A stretch of 64,000 nucleotides of DNA from Spirosoma sp. (GCA_964263725.1 CAXVWN010000104.1:766-64765); one strand, 5' to 3'; shown: positions 37,700 through 49,600, numbered from the stretch's first letter. Translations and numbers: made by a program. Notes: generated from the letters alone by a model not told the origin.

Positions 37700-38667
37700 A
37701 AAAGTCGGGCTGCTTCTTTGGCGAAGTAGGTCAAAATTACGTTTGCTCCGGCTCGCTTAATGGCCAGCAGCGATTCCATCATTGCCCGTTCGCCATCGAG
37801 CCAGCCGTTTTGTGCGGCAGCTTTTATCATGGCGTATTCGCCACTAACGTTATAAGCAGCAATGGGCAGATGAAAATTATCGTTCAGCAATTTGATGATA
37901 TCCAAATAGGCCAAAGCAGGCTTTACCATCAGAAAATCAGCGCCTTCTTCAAAGTCAAGCTGAGCTTCTATCAGCGCTTCACGGCTGTTGGCCGGGTTCA
38001 TTTGATAGGTTTTCTTATCCCCGAACTTTGGAGCCGAATTAAGCGCATCGCGGAAGGGGCCATAGAAAGCACTTGCGTATTTAGCCGCATAAGACATAAT
38101 GGCTACTTCATGAAAACCACCTTCATCCAGAACCTGCCGAAGGTAACCTACGCGGCCATCCATCATGTCGGAAGGTCCAACGATATCGGCTCCAGCTTGC
38201 GCTTGGGCGAGAGCCATTTTACCCAAAACTTCCAGCGTTGGGTCATTCAGAATTTTACCATTTTCCACAATGCCATCGTGCCCATCTGAACTGTACGGGT
38301 CCATTGCCACATCGGTCATTATGGCTACGTCGGGAAAGCGGTTTTTAATCGCCTGGACAGCTTGCAGATATAGACCATCGGGATTGTAACTTTCTGTGGC
38401 GTATTTATCCTTCTTCGATTCGGACAGATTAGGAAACAAGTCAAATGTTTTGATTCCGAGGTCAACACACTCCTGAATTTCATCAAGTAATAAGTCCAAT
38501 GAGAATCGGTAAATACCGGGCATGGACGATACTGCTGAACGAACATTCTGGCCTTCCGTGATAAAGACCGGCAAAATAAAATCAGTGACCGACAGGCGAG
38601 TTTCCTGCACCATGTCGCGGATAACGGCCGATTGGCGGTTCCGACGGGGACGGCGTATTAGGTTCAT
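37696..38667 (-). CDS. hemB: Porphobilinogen synthase
   Basis: RRPRRNR, DVAMDPYSSDGHDG (Zn-independent type), PSDMMDGRV, MVKPALAYLD; ATGA overlap with pyrC. Confidence 0.97.
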   Translation of the reverse strand: MNLIRRPRRNRQSAVIRDMVQETRLSVTDFILPVFITEGQNVRSAVSSMPGIYRFSLDLLLDEIQECVDLGIKTFDLFPNLSESKKDKYATESYNPDGLYLQAVQAIKNRFPDVAIMTDVAMDPYSSDGHDGIVENGKILNDPTLEVLGKMALAQAQAGADIVGPSDMMDGRVGYLRQVLDEGGFHEVAIMSYAAKYASAFYGPFRDALNSAPKFGDKKTYQMNPANSREALIEAQLDFEEGADFLMVKPALAYLDIIKLLNDNFHLPIAAYNVSGEYAMIKAAAQNGWLDGERAMMESLLAIKRAGANVILTYFAKEAARLL

Positions 38668-38768
38668 ACTTTATAGTTTTCGGTTTTCGGCTGAGATTCC
38701 GTTAACGTCAATCTCAACGGAGAAACGTACCCGAATACAATAGATCCCGGCGGGAATCGCGAAAACCA

Positions 38769-39473
38769 TCAGACAATCAATTTAAATCCTTCGCCGTGCA
38801 CGTTAACAAGCTGAACCGTTGCGTCCTCTTTGAGGTATTTGCGCAGTTTTGTTACGTACACGTCCATGCTTCGGGCATTGAAATATGAATCGTCGCCCCA
38901 AACCATTTTCAACGCAAAACTACGACTGACCGGCTGATTCAGGTTCTGCGCCAGCAATTTTAATAACTCGGATTCCTTACTGGTTAGTTTCTGCGGCAGC
39001 GATTCGGCAGCAGCCAATTCTGTTGCCCGTGAAAGTAGTTGGTGCGGATAATCAAAGGAAAATGAGCCAATTTGGTAAGTGGTTGGCTCTACCGAATCGG
39101 TTAAACGTTGATACCGACGAAGAATCGCCTGAATCCGCAGCAGCAATTCTTCCATGCTGAAAGGCTTGGTCATGTAATCATCAGCGCCAACCTTAAATCC
39201 CTGAATGGTATCTTCCTGCATGGATTTTGCGGTCAGGAAAATAATTGGCACGTCGCGATGGTGCATTCGAACTTCCTTCGCTAATGTAAACCCGTCTTTC
39301 TTGGGCATCATCACGTCGAAAATGCAAAGGTCATAGCTACCCGCCATAAAGAGTTGCAGGCCCTGATCCCCATTGATAGCCCGATCAGTAATGTACCCTT
39401 TCATAGTCAGGTATTCCTGTACTAATAGGCCCAGATTTGGGTCGTCTTCAACGAGGAGAATGTTGGTTGGCAT
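38769..39473 (-). CDS. OmpR/PhoB-family response regulator (RprY-like)
   Basis: ILLVEDDPNLG, FDVMMP, WGDDSYFNARSMDVYVTKLRKYL. Confidence 0.93.
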   Translation of the reverse strand: MPTNILLVEDDPNLGLLVQEYLTMKGYITDRAINGDQGLQLFMAGSYDLCIFDVMMPKKDGFTLAKEVRMHHRDVPIIFLTAKSMQEDTIQGFKVGADDYMTKPFSMEELLLRIQAILRRYQRLTDSVEPTTYQIGSFSFDYPHQLLSRATELAAAESLPQKLTSKESELLKLLAQNLNQPVSRSFALKMVWGDDSYFNARSMDVYVTKLRKYLKEDATVQLVNVHGEGFKLIV

Positions 39474-39526
39474 AAGTAAAAGGTGAAAGAGTGAAAGAGC
39501 AAGCGGATAGTTTGGCAACCGACCGA

Positions 39527-41422
39527 TCATTCACTCTTTTGTTTGTACGGTATAATGACCTCAAATGAACTGCCTTTGCCCGGCTGACTTTCGACCAGAA
39601 TCTGGCCGTGATGTTCGTCAATCATCTTTTTAACGTAACTCAGCCCCAGCCCAAAGCCTTTTACATCGTGCCGGTTGCCGGTTGGAACCCGATAGAATTT
39701 CTCAAAAATGCGACTTGTTTGATCTTTCGACATGCCCAGCCCCTGGTCTGTTACAGTAATACTAACGCCGGGCATGGCTGATCCTTCAGGAATACTGCGG
39801 GTGCTGAAGGTAATGTACGGGCTTTCGGGCGAGTATTTAAGTGCGTTATCTAACAGATTATAGACGATATTAGTCAGGTGCAACTCATCCGCTTCCACGA
39901 CTTCGCGGTCGGCATCGAAGTGAAGATCAACTTCGCCCCCACGCTGCTCAATTTGTAATCCCAAATTATTCAGCACCTTCTCAATGACATCATGAACGTT
40001 TACGGGTGATAAGTTGAGTTTAATTTCCCCCCTGTCCAGTAAAGCCATTTGTAAAACCTTTTCGACATGTGAACCCAGACGCCGGGTCTCATCGCGGATG
40101 ATTCCCATGTAGCGAGTTAGTCTGGCCGGCTCAATCTGTGTCAATGTATTGTGCTCATTTGATTCGTCGGCCCGCAGTTGTTCCTGCGCCATTTCGACCG
40201 CTAGCGAGATAGTCGAAATAGGCGTTTTGAACTCGTGCGTCATGTTATTAATGAAATCATTCTTGATATCAGCCAGTTTTTTCTGCCGGACAATCGTGCT
40301 GATAGCAATGTAGAAACAGGCCAAAATAACGAGAATCAGTAAGACCGATGCACCAAATGTGAATCCTAGTTGACCTAGAATAAATCGCTGTTGCGTTGGG
40401 AAATAGACATATACGTAATTCCCTGTTTCGAGCAAGTTATTTGGAAACAGGGCCGCTTTATATCCGTTGTCGTCAAACTGCTGGGCTTCTATTCCCATTG
40501 ATGTAAACAGGAATCTGGGCCGTTGGCGGGTCCGAACGGCATAGGCAAGCGGAATATTGATACCCCGTTCGGTCAACGACTGATGTAACAACGTATCGAG
40601 CGCCAACCGGTTAACCCGATCTTCAATAGGCCGGTCGGAGAGCAGCAAGCCTTTGAGGACATCTTTAATCATGCGGGATTGCTCTTCGGCCCTATGCTGG
40701 CTCATGCTGGCCGGGTGAGTTGATAAACCAGACTTAGCCAATGTTAACTCATTTACAGCTTGTTTTTTCTGCTGAGCAGCCCGCCGAAGCCGGTTTTTAG
40801 TCGCCCGAACTAACGAGTCCTGCTGTACCTGATTATTGATTCGATTAAGTTCGTCGTTTAATACCCCTTCGACCCAATGGTCAAATTGTTGCTGCTGCGC
40901 CACCTGCGTTTGCCAATCGCCGACTGCCATCAACTCATCCTGCTGACGGAAAAATTCTTCAACAACGGCCATCTGCTCAGCCGAGAGTGGGCGTACGATT
41001 GGATGCAACACATCGGACTGAACAACTACGGCACCGGCTGGTGTCATGCCGGGCATTACTCGTGTAGCTGATTGTGGATTTGTTGATGGATGGGTTCGCT
41101 TTAACGATGCCGGTCGTACAGGTTCATTAACAACCACCTGATGTTCCTCAACCTTATTTGTGATTGATCGGCCTTCTTTTTTGGCAATGGCCCTTAACCG
41201 GTTCTGTTGTTCGCGGGTCTGAATACGCTGCTTGGTCAAGTAAACTATTTCCTGTCGTTCCAGCGTCCGAACAACCTCCTGCAAGGCATCGGTCACTTTA
41301 TACGCAAACTGTTCTTTCTGCAACTGTAATGCGCTACTAATCCAGTACAATTGAAGCCCTACAAGCCCCAATAGGCCGATAGCCATTAGTGCGACAATCC
41401 AGCGTATGCGTTCTTTAGACAT
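39527..41422 (-). CDS. Sensor histidine kinase (RprX-like)
   Basis: Two TM segments; FINNMTHEFKTP, NLLDNALKYS, DQGLG, GFGLGLSYV. Confidence 0.94.
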   Translation of the reverse strand: MSKERIRWIVALMAIGLLGLVGLQLYWISSALQLQKEQFAYKVTDALQEVVRTLERQEIVYLTKQRIQTREQQNRLRAIAKKEGRSITNKVEEHQVVVNEPVRPASLKRTHPSTNPQSATRVMPGMTPAGAVVVQSDVLHPIVRPLSAEQMAVVEEFFRQQDELMAVGDWQTQVAQQQQFDHWVEGVLNDELNRINNQVQQDSLVRATKNRLRRAAQQKKQAVNELTLAKSGLSTHPASMSQHRAEEQSRMIKDVLKGLLLSDRPIEDRVNRLALDTLLHQSLTERGINIPLAYAVRTRQRPRFLFTSMGIEAQQFDDNGYKAALFPNNLLETGNYVYVYFPTQQRFILGQLGFTFGASVLLILVILACFYIAISTIVRQKKLADIKNDFINNMTHEFKTPISTISLAVEMAQEQLRADESNEHNTLTQIEPARLTRYMGIIRDETRRLGSHVEKVLQMALLDRGEIKLNLSPVNVHDVIEKVLNNLGLQIEQRGGEVDLHFDADREVVEADELHLTNIVYNLLDNALKYSPESPYITFSTRSIPEGSAMPGVSITVTDQGLGMSKDQTSRIFEKFYRVPTGNRHDVKGFGLGLSYVKKMIDEHHGQILVESQPGKGSSFEVIIPYKQKSE

Positions 41423-41525
41423 TTTTTTACTCGCTCATGCAACCTTTGTCCAACTTTTTCATCTATAAGAGAGCAGTTACAATGGTTAGTAAAAGTACGA
41501 ACCGAGTTGGCTACTCATTTGATCG

Positions 41526-41542
41526 TTAACAAACTTTAACAA
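41526..41542 (+). promoter_or_regulatory. Putative OmpR-family direct-repeat binding site
   Basis: TTAACAA-act-TTAACAA (10-bp period) in the divergent intergenic region upstream of the kinase. Confidence 0.45.
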
Positions 41543-41600
41543 CCGCTGTATCAACCAGTTTAGCAACTTATTGTTCCTTCGTTCGCAACTATCTCGTACT

Positions 41601-42425
41601 ATGAAAAAAACAGTTTTAGCCGGGTACCAGTTCACATCGGCCCTGCTCCTGGCAATCACGCTCAGCGGAGTTGCCTCAGCTCAGAAACAAATTAGTCCGT
41701 CAACAAAGTCAGACAAGAATGATGTAAATGTCAGAATTATTGAACGTAATGGCGATGAAGTTCGGGAAATTGAACGTACATATCACATAAACGGGATGAG
41801 CGACCCCGAGCGCGACAAAATGGTCATGAAGTTGGTAGATTCGCTGAAAGCAACCCGCAAAGGAGATGGTAAAAGGCAAATGACTATTATCGTTGAGGAT
41901 ACGGATGGCGATCGAACGGTAACTCGGGAGCGCATCAATCCTGGCAAACGACGTGCTCCGGCTGATGCTTATGCGCAGCGGGGCAAATTACCCCGAAACA
42001 ATCAGGATTTCGGAACGAATCAAAACTGGCGATACGAGTTTCGGCGCGGAGCCGATTCCCTGGCTGATCAACTCAATCGGTTCAAATTTCAAATGCCCAG
42101 AGATTTTGACCGGCAATTGGTTCGCCCATTCGAAGACTGGGCTCGAAATTTTAACGGTAAAGCATCAACCATTCGTGGTTTGGATGCGTATCCGAACAAC
42201 CCGGATCACGACCAGCTGAATGTTCGGTTTACAGCACCGGCTAAGGGTGATGTAAGCATCGTTGTCACAAACCCAAAAGGGAAAGAAATCGCTAAACGTG
42301 ATATTAAAGATTTCTCCGGTGAGTTTATTGGACAAATTGATCTGGGCAAAAAAGCACAGGGCGCTTATTTTATTACCATTACCCAAAATGAAGACGGAGC
42401 GGTAAAACGGATAGTAATCGACTAA
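41601..42425 (+). CDS. Secreted protein with T9SS type A C-terminal sorting domain
   Basis: Signal peptide; C-terminal LDAYPNNP...VTNPKGKEI...GAYFITITQN...VKRIVID. Confidence 0.78.
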   Translation: MKKTVLAGYQFTSALLLAITLSGVASAQKQISPSTKSDKNDVNVRIIERNGDEVREIERTYHINGMSDPERDKMVMKLVDSLKATRKGDGKRQMTIIVEDTDGDRTVTRERINPGKRRAPADAYAQRGKLPRNNQDFGTNQNWRYEFRRGADSLADQLNRFKFQMPRDFDRQLVRPFEDWARNFNGKASTIRGLDAYPNNPDHDQLNVRFTAPAKGDVSIVVTNPKGKEIAKRDIKDFSGEFIGQIDLGKKAQGAYFITITQNEDGAVKRIVID

Positions 42426-42435
42426 TTTACCCATT

Positions 42436-42480
42436 AAAAGGTGTCCAATTATACATAAAATTGATAATTGGACACCTTTT
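42436..42480 (+). terminator. Intrinsic terminator
   Basis: Perfect 17-bp arms aaaaggtgtccaattat / ataattggacacctttt. Confidence 0.75.
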
Positions 42481-42580
42481 TCCTACTTTTGAAAAATATA
42501 TTTAATAAAATATAGTACTATGTATTGCAAGATACCAAACTAAACCTATATCTTTGCATTGTTCTAAGACACCACAGGTC

Positions 42581-42826
42581 ATGAAAACTCTCTTTGTAAT
42601 CGGCATTTTATTAGTAGGCATCAGCGGTCAAGCGTTTAGCATGGGACATCCGCACAACATGTTTGCGGCCCGTAAGCAAATGCGGTCGAAAGCATCGACA
42701 TCGGTAGCTAAAAGTAAAACTAATGTTTCGGTATGCTGGCAGCAAGCTGTTCAGGAAACCAAAACAGCCTTCAGCGAACGTTTGCTGGCAGCTCTGACGC
42801 ATGTGCGTCCAACACAGGCATACTGA
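42581..42826 (+). CDS. Small exported hypothetical protein
   Basis: Signal peptide MKTLFVIGILLVGISGQAFS; TATCTTTG promoter just upstream; terminator at 42897-42916. Confidence 0.65.
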   Translation: MKTLFVIGILLVGISGQAFSMGHPHNMFAARKQMRSKASTSVAKSKTNVSVCWQQAVQETKTAFSERLLAALTHVRPTQAY

Positions 42827-43305
42827 TTTTGTAGTTACCTGTTCCCTTCGCGCCCTAACCAGTCGTCAGAATGTACTGCACTGGGTTTCCTATTTTGCCC
42901 GTTTCGGGCTTTTTTTATTTTATCCCTTCTCTAACGGTTATCAGCTAATTTCCATTTTCCAGTCTGGCATCACCTGTTTCTTCTGACAATACTGTTCTTA
43001 AAAGGCTTACTATAAATACCTGCTGGCATTTAATGCGTATCTACACTTTGTGGCGGCATTATTTTTGTAGCTATTCCAGTTCATAGTGTGCAGTTTAAGT
43101 AGCTGATTTACTGCACAAAACACCCTTTTCTCCATAAATTTAATTTTGTATTAATCCATTACCAGAAACAATTAAGGTACATTATTTCGTTAAAAACTTA
43201 GACAATTCAACGATTGGTTATGGTTTTCGACAGGCATTGGCTATTTTTATGGTTTGGCCTAAAAGCAGTGTGAACTGATTAATTTTTTTTACTTATTGAG
43301 TGCCC

Positions 43306-46300
43306 ATGCGGAATACTGTTGTACGACCAATTTTACTCGTCGGCCTTCTATTCGTCAGTTTGTTAACTGCCTTTGGTTTAATTAGGCCAGGCCGTAACTA
43401 CTGGGCGAGGCTCGCTCATACGAAGGCGCTTAAAGCAGCAAGCAAACGGGCAATAGTCAATATACCCAAGGTGGTGGTTTCGCCCTATAAATATGGGCCA
43501 GCCGCTCAGCCGGTTGAGGTATTCGTCATGTCTGACAGTGGGCAACATTGGGTAGACAGCGTTTTTCATTCACTGACTCCAGAACAGAAAATCGGCCAGT
43601 TTTTTATGGTAGCCACGTTTTCAAACCGCCATGAAAATCATTATCAATATATTGACCACCTTATCCAGAGCAATCACATCGGTGGATTGATCTTCTTTCA
43701 GGGCGGCCCTCATCGGCAAGCTATTCTGACAAACCGCTATCAGGCAGAATCAAAAATACCGTTACTTATTGGCATAGATGGCGAATGGGGCTTGGGAATG
43801 CGGTTAGATAGTGCGATGGATTTCCCGAAGCAAATGTCGCTCGGTGCCATTCGAAATAATGAGTTGATTTACCGAATGGGCGCTGAAATCGGGCGTCAAT
43901 GCCAGCGATTGGGCATCCACATCAATTTTGCTCCCGTATCAGATATTAATAGTAACCCCGCGAACCCCGTCATTGGGGTGCGGTCATTCGGCGAATCGAA
44001 GGAGAACGTAGCCTTAAAAGCATCAGCATATATGCGTGGGCTACAACAAACGCACGTCATTGCAACGGCCAAACATTTTCCGGGTCATGGCGACACCAGC
44101 ACCGACTCGCACCACACGTTGCCAACCGTCAGCCGGTCATCAGAGCAGATGCGTGATATTGATCTGTATCCTTTCCGTAAGCTTATTGCCGACAGTTTGA
44201 TGGGCGTTGTCACGGGCCATCTGCATGTACCGGTAATGGACAATACACCCGCTTTGGCCGCAACCTTATCGGAGAAGATCGTTACAGAACTGCTCAAAAA
44301 AGAGCTTGGTTTCCGGGGGCTGGTCTTTACCGATGCGCTGAACATGGGTGGTATTAGCCGGTCGCCCAAGGCAATGGATGTTAACCTTCGTGCCTTGATT
44401 GCGGGCAACGACATTTTACTTTATCCTGAAAATGTTCGGGATGCGGCAACGAATATTCTGAACGCTATTCAGCAGGGGGTTATCTCGCAGGAATTGGTTG
44501 ACGAGAAAGTCAAAAAAATTCTTCGCGCTAAGTACTGGGCCGGTCTTGGTCATTACAAACCAATCAATCTTGCGGGCTTATCTACCGATCTTAATTCGCC
44601 CGAGGCACAACTCCTTAAACAGGAATTATGCGAACAGTCGGTAACGGTGGCCGACAATCAGAATAATTTGCTTCCCCTAAAGCGCCTGGATACGTTACGG
44701 TTAGCATCGGTAGCTATTGGCGCCGAGCCAGGAAATGTATTTCAGAAAACGCTAAATCAATACGCGCCATTCCAGACGCTGACTTACCCTGAAAAGCCCG
44801 TTTCGGAGGCTGATCTCACGACTATACTCGCTCAGGTTGGTGACGCAAACACGGTTGTGGTGAGTTTCCATGCGATGAGTGAATCAGGCTTGCGCAAGTA
44901 CGGCATTACCAAGCCTTCGCTCGATTTAATTACCCGCTTGAAACAGCAAGGCAAAAAAGTGATTGTCACGGCTTTTGGCTCACCGTATAGTTTGCAACAG
45001 TTTGCTGGGGCTGATGCGCTGGTTTGCGCTTATCAGGAACTTGACGATATGCAGCGGGTAGTACCACAAGTACTATTTGGTGGTTTGGGCGCCAAAGGCA
45101 TGCTGCCCGTTTCGATAGGTGAACTGAAAGTGGGGATGGGGCTAACACTAAATTCAGAAGGACGGCTATCGGTCGGTTCTCCGGAAAGTGTTGGCATGAA
45201 ATCGACCATATTAAGCCAAATTGACGCCATTGCACAGGGAGCGGTTAAAAATCATGTTGTACCCGGCTGTGAAATTCTGGTAGCCCGAAAAGGCAAGATT
45301 GTTTACAGCAAAAACTTCGGGGCATTAACCTATGCGCCCGGTGCTGAGAAAGTTACCGATGAAACCCTGTATGATCTGGCTTCGCTGACAAAAGTGCTGG
45401 CCACTTTACAATCGGTCATGATACTGTATGACCGCAAACAAATTGACCTGACTCAGAAAGCATCGGTTTACTTACCCGAATTGCGCAATACAAATAAGCA
45501 AAACATTACCCTTCTGGACTTGCTCTGGCATCAATCAGGTATGGTGTCGTATTATCCAACCACCTGGGATCGTACCCGACTGCCCGGCGGAGGACTAAAA
45601 GCCGAATATTACGCAGCTACGCATGATAGTTTGCATACACTTCAGATAGCGCCAACACTCTGGGGTGTTCCTACACTACGGGATTCGGTCTGGAAATGGG
45701 TAGTTCAATCGCCTATGTCGCGCAAAATGGACGAATCTGGCAAGCCTGCTTTTGTGTACAGCGACCTTAATTTTCTGACATTACAGAAGGTAGTTGAACG
45801 GGTTAGTAAGCAGCCGTTAGATAAGTTCGTTACTGAAAACGTGTATAAACTACTGGGTCTGCACCAACTTGGATTTACGCCTTTACAGCGTTTACCGCAT
45901 CCGCAATGCGCCCCAACAGAGCAGGATACCTACTACCGAAATCAGCTTTTGGTGGGCACCGTTCATGATCAGATGGCAGCTGTACAAGGTGGCCTTTCCG
46001 GCCATGCCGGGCTATTCGGCAACGCCCATGACATTGCCACGCTTTTACAAATGAACCTTCAGAAGGGAATGTATGGCGAAGAACGCATCTTTCAGCCAAT
46101 GACAGTTCCCTATTTTACACAAACTCTGAGCAATCGAAGTCACCGGGCACTCGGATGGGATAAGCCTAATCCCGAAAGTACAAGTAGTGTATATATGGCC
46201 CAACAGGCATCGCCCCGTTCATTTGGCCACACGGGTTTTACAGGTAATGTCGTTTGGGTTGACCCTGATGAAGAGCTGATTTTCATATTCCTCTCCAACC

Positions 46301-46389
46301 GCATTTACCCTACGGCTGGAAACAATTCTATTAATACAACGAAACTCCGCCGACGTATTCACGAGGTTATTTATAGTGCCATTCAATAG
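43306..46389 (+). CDS. GH3 beta-N-acetylglucosaminidase (NagZ-type) fused to beta-lactamase-family serine hydrolase
   Basis: DGEWG, KHFPGHGDTSTDSH, FTDAL; then LASLTK (SxxK), YSDLNF, GHTGFTG. Confidence 0.93.
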   Translation: MRNTVVRPILLVGLLFVSLLTAFGLIRPGRNYWARLAHTKALKAASKRAIVNIPKVVVSPYKYGPAAQPVEVFVMSDSGQHWVDSVFHSLTPEQKIGQFFMVATFSNRHENHYQYIDHLIQSNHIGGLIFFQGGPHRQAILTNRYQAESKIPLLIGIDGEWGLGMRLDSAMDFPKQMSLGAIRNNELIYRMGAEIGRQCQRLGIHINFAPVSDINSNPANPVIGVRSFGESKENVALKASAYMRGLQQTHVIATAKHFPGHGDTSTDSHHTLPTVSRSSEQMRDIDLYPFRKLIADSLMGVVTGHLHVPVMDNTPALAATLSEKIVTELLKKELGFRGLVFTDALNMGGISRSPKAMDVNLRALIAGNDILLYPENVRDAATNILNAIQQGVISQELVDEKVKKILRAKYWAGLGHYKPINLAGLSTDLNSPEAQLLKQELCEQSVTVADNQNNLLPLKRLDTLRLASVAIGAEPGNVFQKTLNQYAPFQTLTYPEKPVSEADLTTILAQVGDANTVVVSFHAMSESGLRKYGITKPSLDLITRLKQQGKKVIVTAFGSPYSLQQFAGADALVCAYQELDDMQRVVPQVLFGGLGAKGMLPVSIGELKVGMGLTLNSEGRLSVGSPESVGMKSTILSQIDAIAQGAVKNHVVPGCEILVARKGKIVYSKNFGALTYAPGAEKVTDETLYDLASLTKVLATLQSVMILYDRKQIDLTQKASVYLPELRNTNKQNITLLDLLWHQSGMVSYYPTTWDRTRLPGGGLKAEYYAATHDSLHTLQIAPTLWGVPTLRDSVWKWVVQSPMSRKMDESGKPAFVYSDLNFLTLQKVVERVSKQPLDKFVTENVYKLLGLHQLGFTPLQRLPHPQCAPTEQDTYYRNQLLVGTVHDQMAAVQGGLSGHAGLFGNAHDIATLLQMNLQKGMYGEERIFQPMTVPYFTQTLSNRSHRALGWDKPNPESTSSVYMAQQASPRSFGHTGFTGNVVWVDPDEELIFIFLSNRIYPTAGNNSINTTKLRRRIHEVIYSAIQ

Positions 46390-46446
46390 TTATTTTATAT
46401 GTTCATAGGGTTCAAAAGGCCTTTCTTGTTCTCCTCCAAGTAACGT

Positions 46447-46477
46447 AATGCTACTTCTTCATAGAAGTGGCATTTTT
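46447..46477 (+). terminator. Intrinsic terminator
   Basis: aatgctacttct-tcat-agaagtggcatt followed by T run. Confidence 0.65.
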
Positions 46478-46681
46478 ATTGCTGTATGTTTCCGCACAAG
46501 TGTATTTTTTCATATAAATAATTGAAAATATATAAAATATACATTTGACTATCAATATATTACCTAACAAATTATTCTCTATTCACCAACTCGCAACACG
46601 TATAGAACGGTTTATCGACATCTATATATCGTACATAAATGCGTTAACTTTAGGCTCCTAACCGCTTTTTTCTTCTGTCTT

Positions 46682-49600
46682 ATGAAGGGACGTATTTTTT
46701 ACTCCTGCCTACTCGTTTGGTTATGCCTTTTCGGTCTAACCTCTCGCAGCCTTGGACAAACCATAACCAGTGTCACTTTTCCTGCGGCACCTATCTGTCC
46801 GGGAAGTGGGCTTATAATTACGTTTACAACCAGTGCCTCCTTTGCATCCGGCAATATGTTCACCGCGTACCTATCTGACGTAACCGGTTTTTCATATACA
46901 ACTATTATAGGAACTGTTATAGGAAGAGCCAGTGGAACGATCAATGCAACTATTCCAGCGTCTGCGGCTGTAGGTTCAGGATATCGTATTCAGGTCAGGT
47001 CGAGTACAGGCACCCCAATTGCATCAACAGTAAGCCTAAATACGCTTACTCTCAGTAGGCCAGCCGCACCGGGTGTAACTTCTCCTGCTCTACTTTATTG
47101 CGAAGGTGATGCCGCACCAGCACTGGTAGCAACACCAGCTTCTGGTGGTACGCTTAACTGGTATGGGACCAACCAAACGGGGAGCACGGCCTCGGGTTCT
47201 CCAACTATACCTGGTACTACGGCAGCTGCTATCGGTAACACTATTTACTACGTTAGTCAAACAGTTAGTGGGTGCGAGAGTTCACGGGCGGCTATTACAG
47301 TAACTGTAAAGGATAAACCCAATGCACCCGGGACAGGTGCATTAACTTATTGTATAGGCCAGGCAGCAAATGCATTAACAGCTACGCCGGTGCCAGGTGC
47401 TACACTTAACTGGTATGGAACCAACGCATCGGGCGGAACAGCCGCATCGCTTCCACCTACGCCATCAACGACAAGTGTGGGAACAACAACTTATTATGTT
47501 AGCCAATCGCTAAACGGTTGCGAAAGTCCACGGGCTGGCCTTGCTGTAACAGTTAACAGTCCACCAGCGGCCCCTACTGTCCCTGCCGCTTTAACTTACT
47601 GCGAGGGTGCAGGAGCATTGGCTCTTTCGGCCACGCCAATAGCAGGGGCAACTTTAAAATGGTATGGAACAGCAGCAACCGGCGGATCAGCCTCAACCAC
47701 CCCTACTACACCAAGCACGAGTCAAGCTGGAACCCTTAATTATTACGTTAGCCAAACCGCCAATGGGTGCGAAAGTCCACGAATAGCCGTTCCTGTAACC
47801 GTTAGAGCTAGTCCCAGCGCTCCAGCGTTTACCGCTGTTCCTGCTTATTGCCAGAATCAAACAGCCGCTGCCCTCGTAGCCACGCCAATAGCAGGGGCAA
47901 CTTTAAAATGGTATGGAACAGCAGCAACCGGCGGATCAGCCTCAACCACCCCTACTACACCAAGCACGAGTCAAGCTGGAACCTTTAACTATTACGTTAG
48001 CCAAACCGCCAATGGATGCGAAGGCCCACGAGTAGCTATTCCTGTAACTGTAAATGCAACACCCACAACACCGGGAGTTGCCAGTCCAATTATTGCCTGT
48101 CAAAATCGGGCTGGATACGCGCTAACCGCAACACCATCCACTAATGGAACGCTCAAATGGTATGGAACAGCAGCAACCGGCGGAACACCGACATCGACTC
48201 CACCTGCTTTATCAACTACAGCATTAGGTTCTACCACTTATTATGTGAGTCAATCTGTTAACGGTTGCGAAGGTGCCCGTGCTTCGTTGACGGTCACGGT
48301 AAACGCGATACCAGCAGGGCCTACCGTTGCGGCTCCAACTGCTTATTGCGAAGGTACAGTAGCACTAGCTTTAGCGGCAACACCCTCTGCGGGAGGTACA
48401 TTGAGATGGTATGGGACCAGCCAAACGGGGGGCACCGGATTGGCCACTCCTACCGTTCCTAATACTACAGCCGCTGCAATTGGCAGTACAACATACTATG
48501 TGACACAAATAGTGAATGGCTGCGAAAGTGATCGAACGGGTATATCTGTACAAGTGAAAGACACGCCCAATGCTCCAGTAACGTCGGCTATCGATTTTTG
48601 TCAAGGGACGGGGATACCAACACTGAGCGCTACATTAATCGCTAATGCTACACCTAACTGGTACACTAATTCATCGGGAGGACCATCATCAACTACCGCA
48701 CCGATACCGAATAATACTACTGTGGCTACAACAGTTTATTACGTTAGTCAAACCCTTAATAACTGCGAAGGACCACGCGCTGCGCTGCCTGTACGAGTGA
48801 AAGCAATACCAAGCGCACCCGGAGTTAATCCGATTAGTTTTTGCAACAATAGCCAGGCGCAACAATTAACGGCAAACGGCGTAAACCTTAAGTGGTATGA
48901 TACGTCTGATAATGCACTGAATAATCCTCCAACTCCCAATACGGGTAATGTTGGCAACCAGGTGTACAAAGTCTCACAGACAACTGAAGGTTGTGAGGGA
49001 CCTAAAGCAAGTCTAATCGTTGTCATTAATGCGCTACCTGGACAGCCTGGCGTTTCCAATATTACTTATTGCCAGACGCAACAGGATCAAACACCACAAA
49101 ATGTAACATCTCTGGACGCTAGTGGGCAAAATCTAAAATGGTATTATGCGGCAAATGGGCCATCCTCTACTAATGCACCAACGCCCTCTATTGCACAAGC
49201 CGGCACACAAGTTTATTATGTTAGCCAGACTGTTAATAATTGCGAAGGTGCCAAAGCGACTATTCAGGTAACCATAACTACACCAGCTACACCAACCATA
49301 TCAAAGCCAGTGGTTATCTATTGTATAAACGACAATGCTGTGCCGTTGGAAGCAGTTGGTGAAACAGGCAGTCAGCTAAAATGGATTGATCCATTTGGCC
49401 GAGTTACCAGCAATGCACCCACACCATCGACCCAGAATACAAATATTCAGCCTGACGGAGACCCATTCTATGTTTTCCAGATTAGTTCAAACGGCTGTTA
49501 TAGCGCACGGTCAACAATTCGGGTTATTGTCAACACAATACCAACGCTATCTCTGTTAGCCCCCACAACCAATGTTAATCTGGGTCAGAAAGCTCCTTTA

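Noticed and set aside
43306-46389. Beta-lactamase domain as an antibiotic-resistance gene
   Set aside because: It is the common Bacteroidota NagZ-serine hydrolase fusion, more consistent with peptidoglycan recycling.
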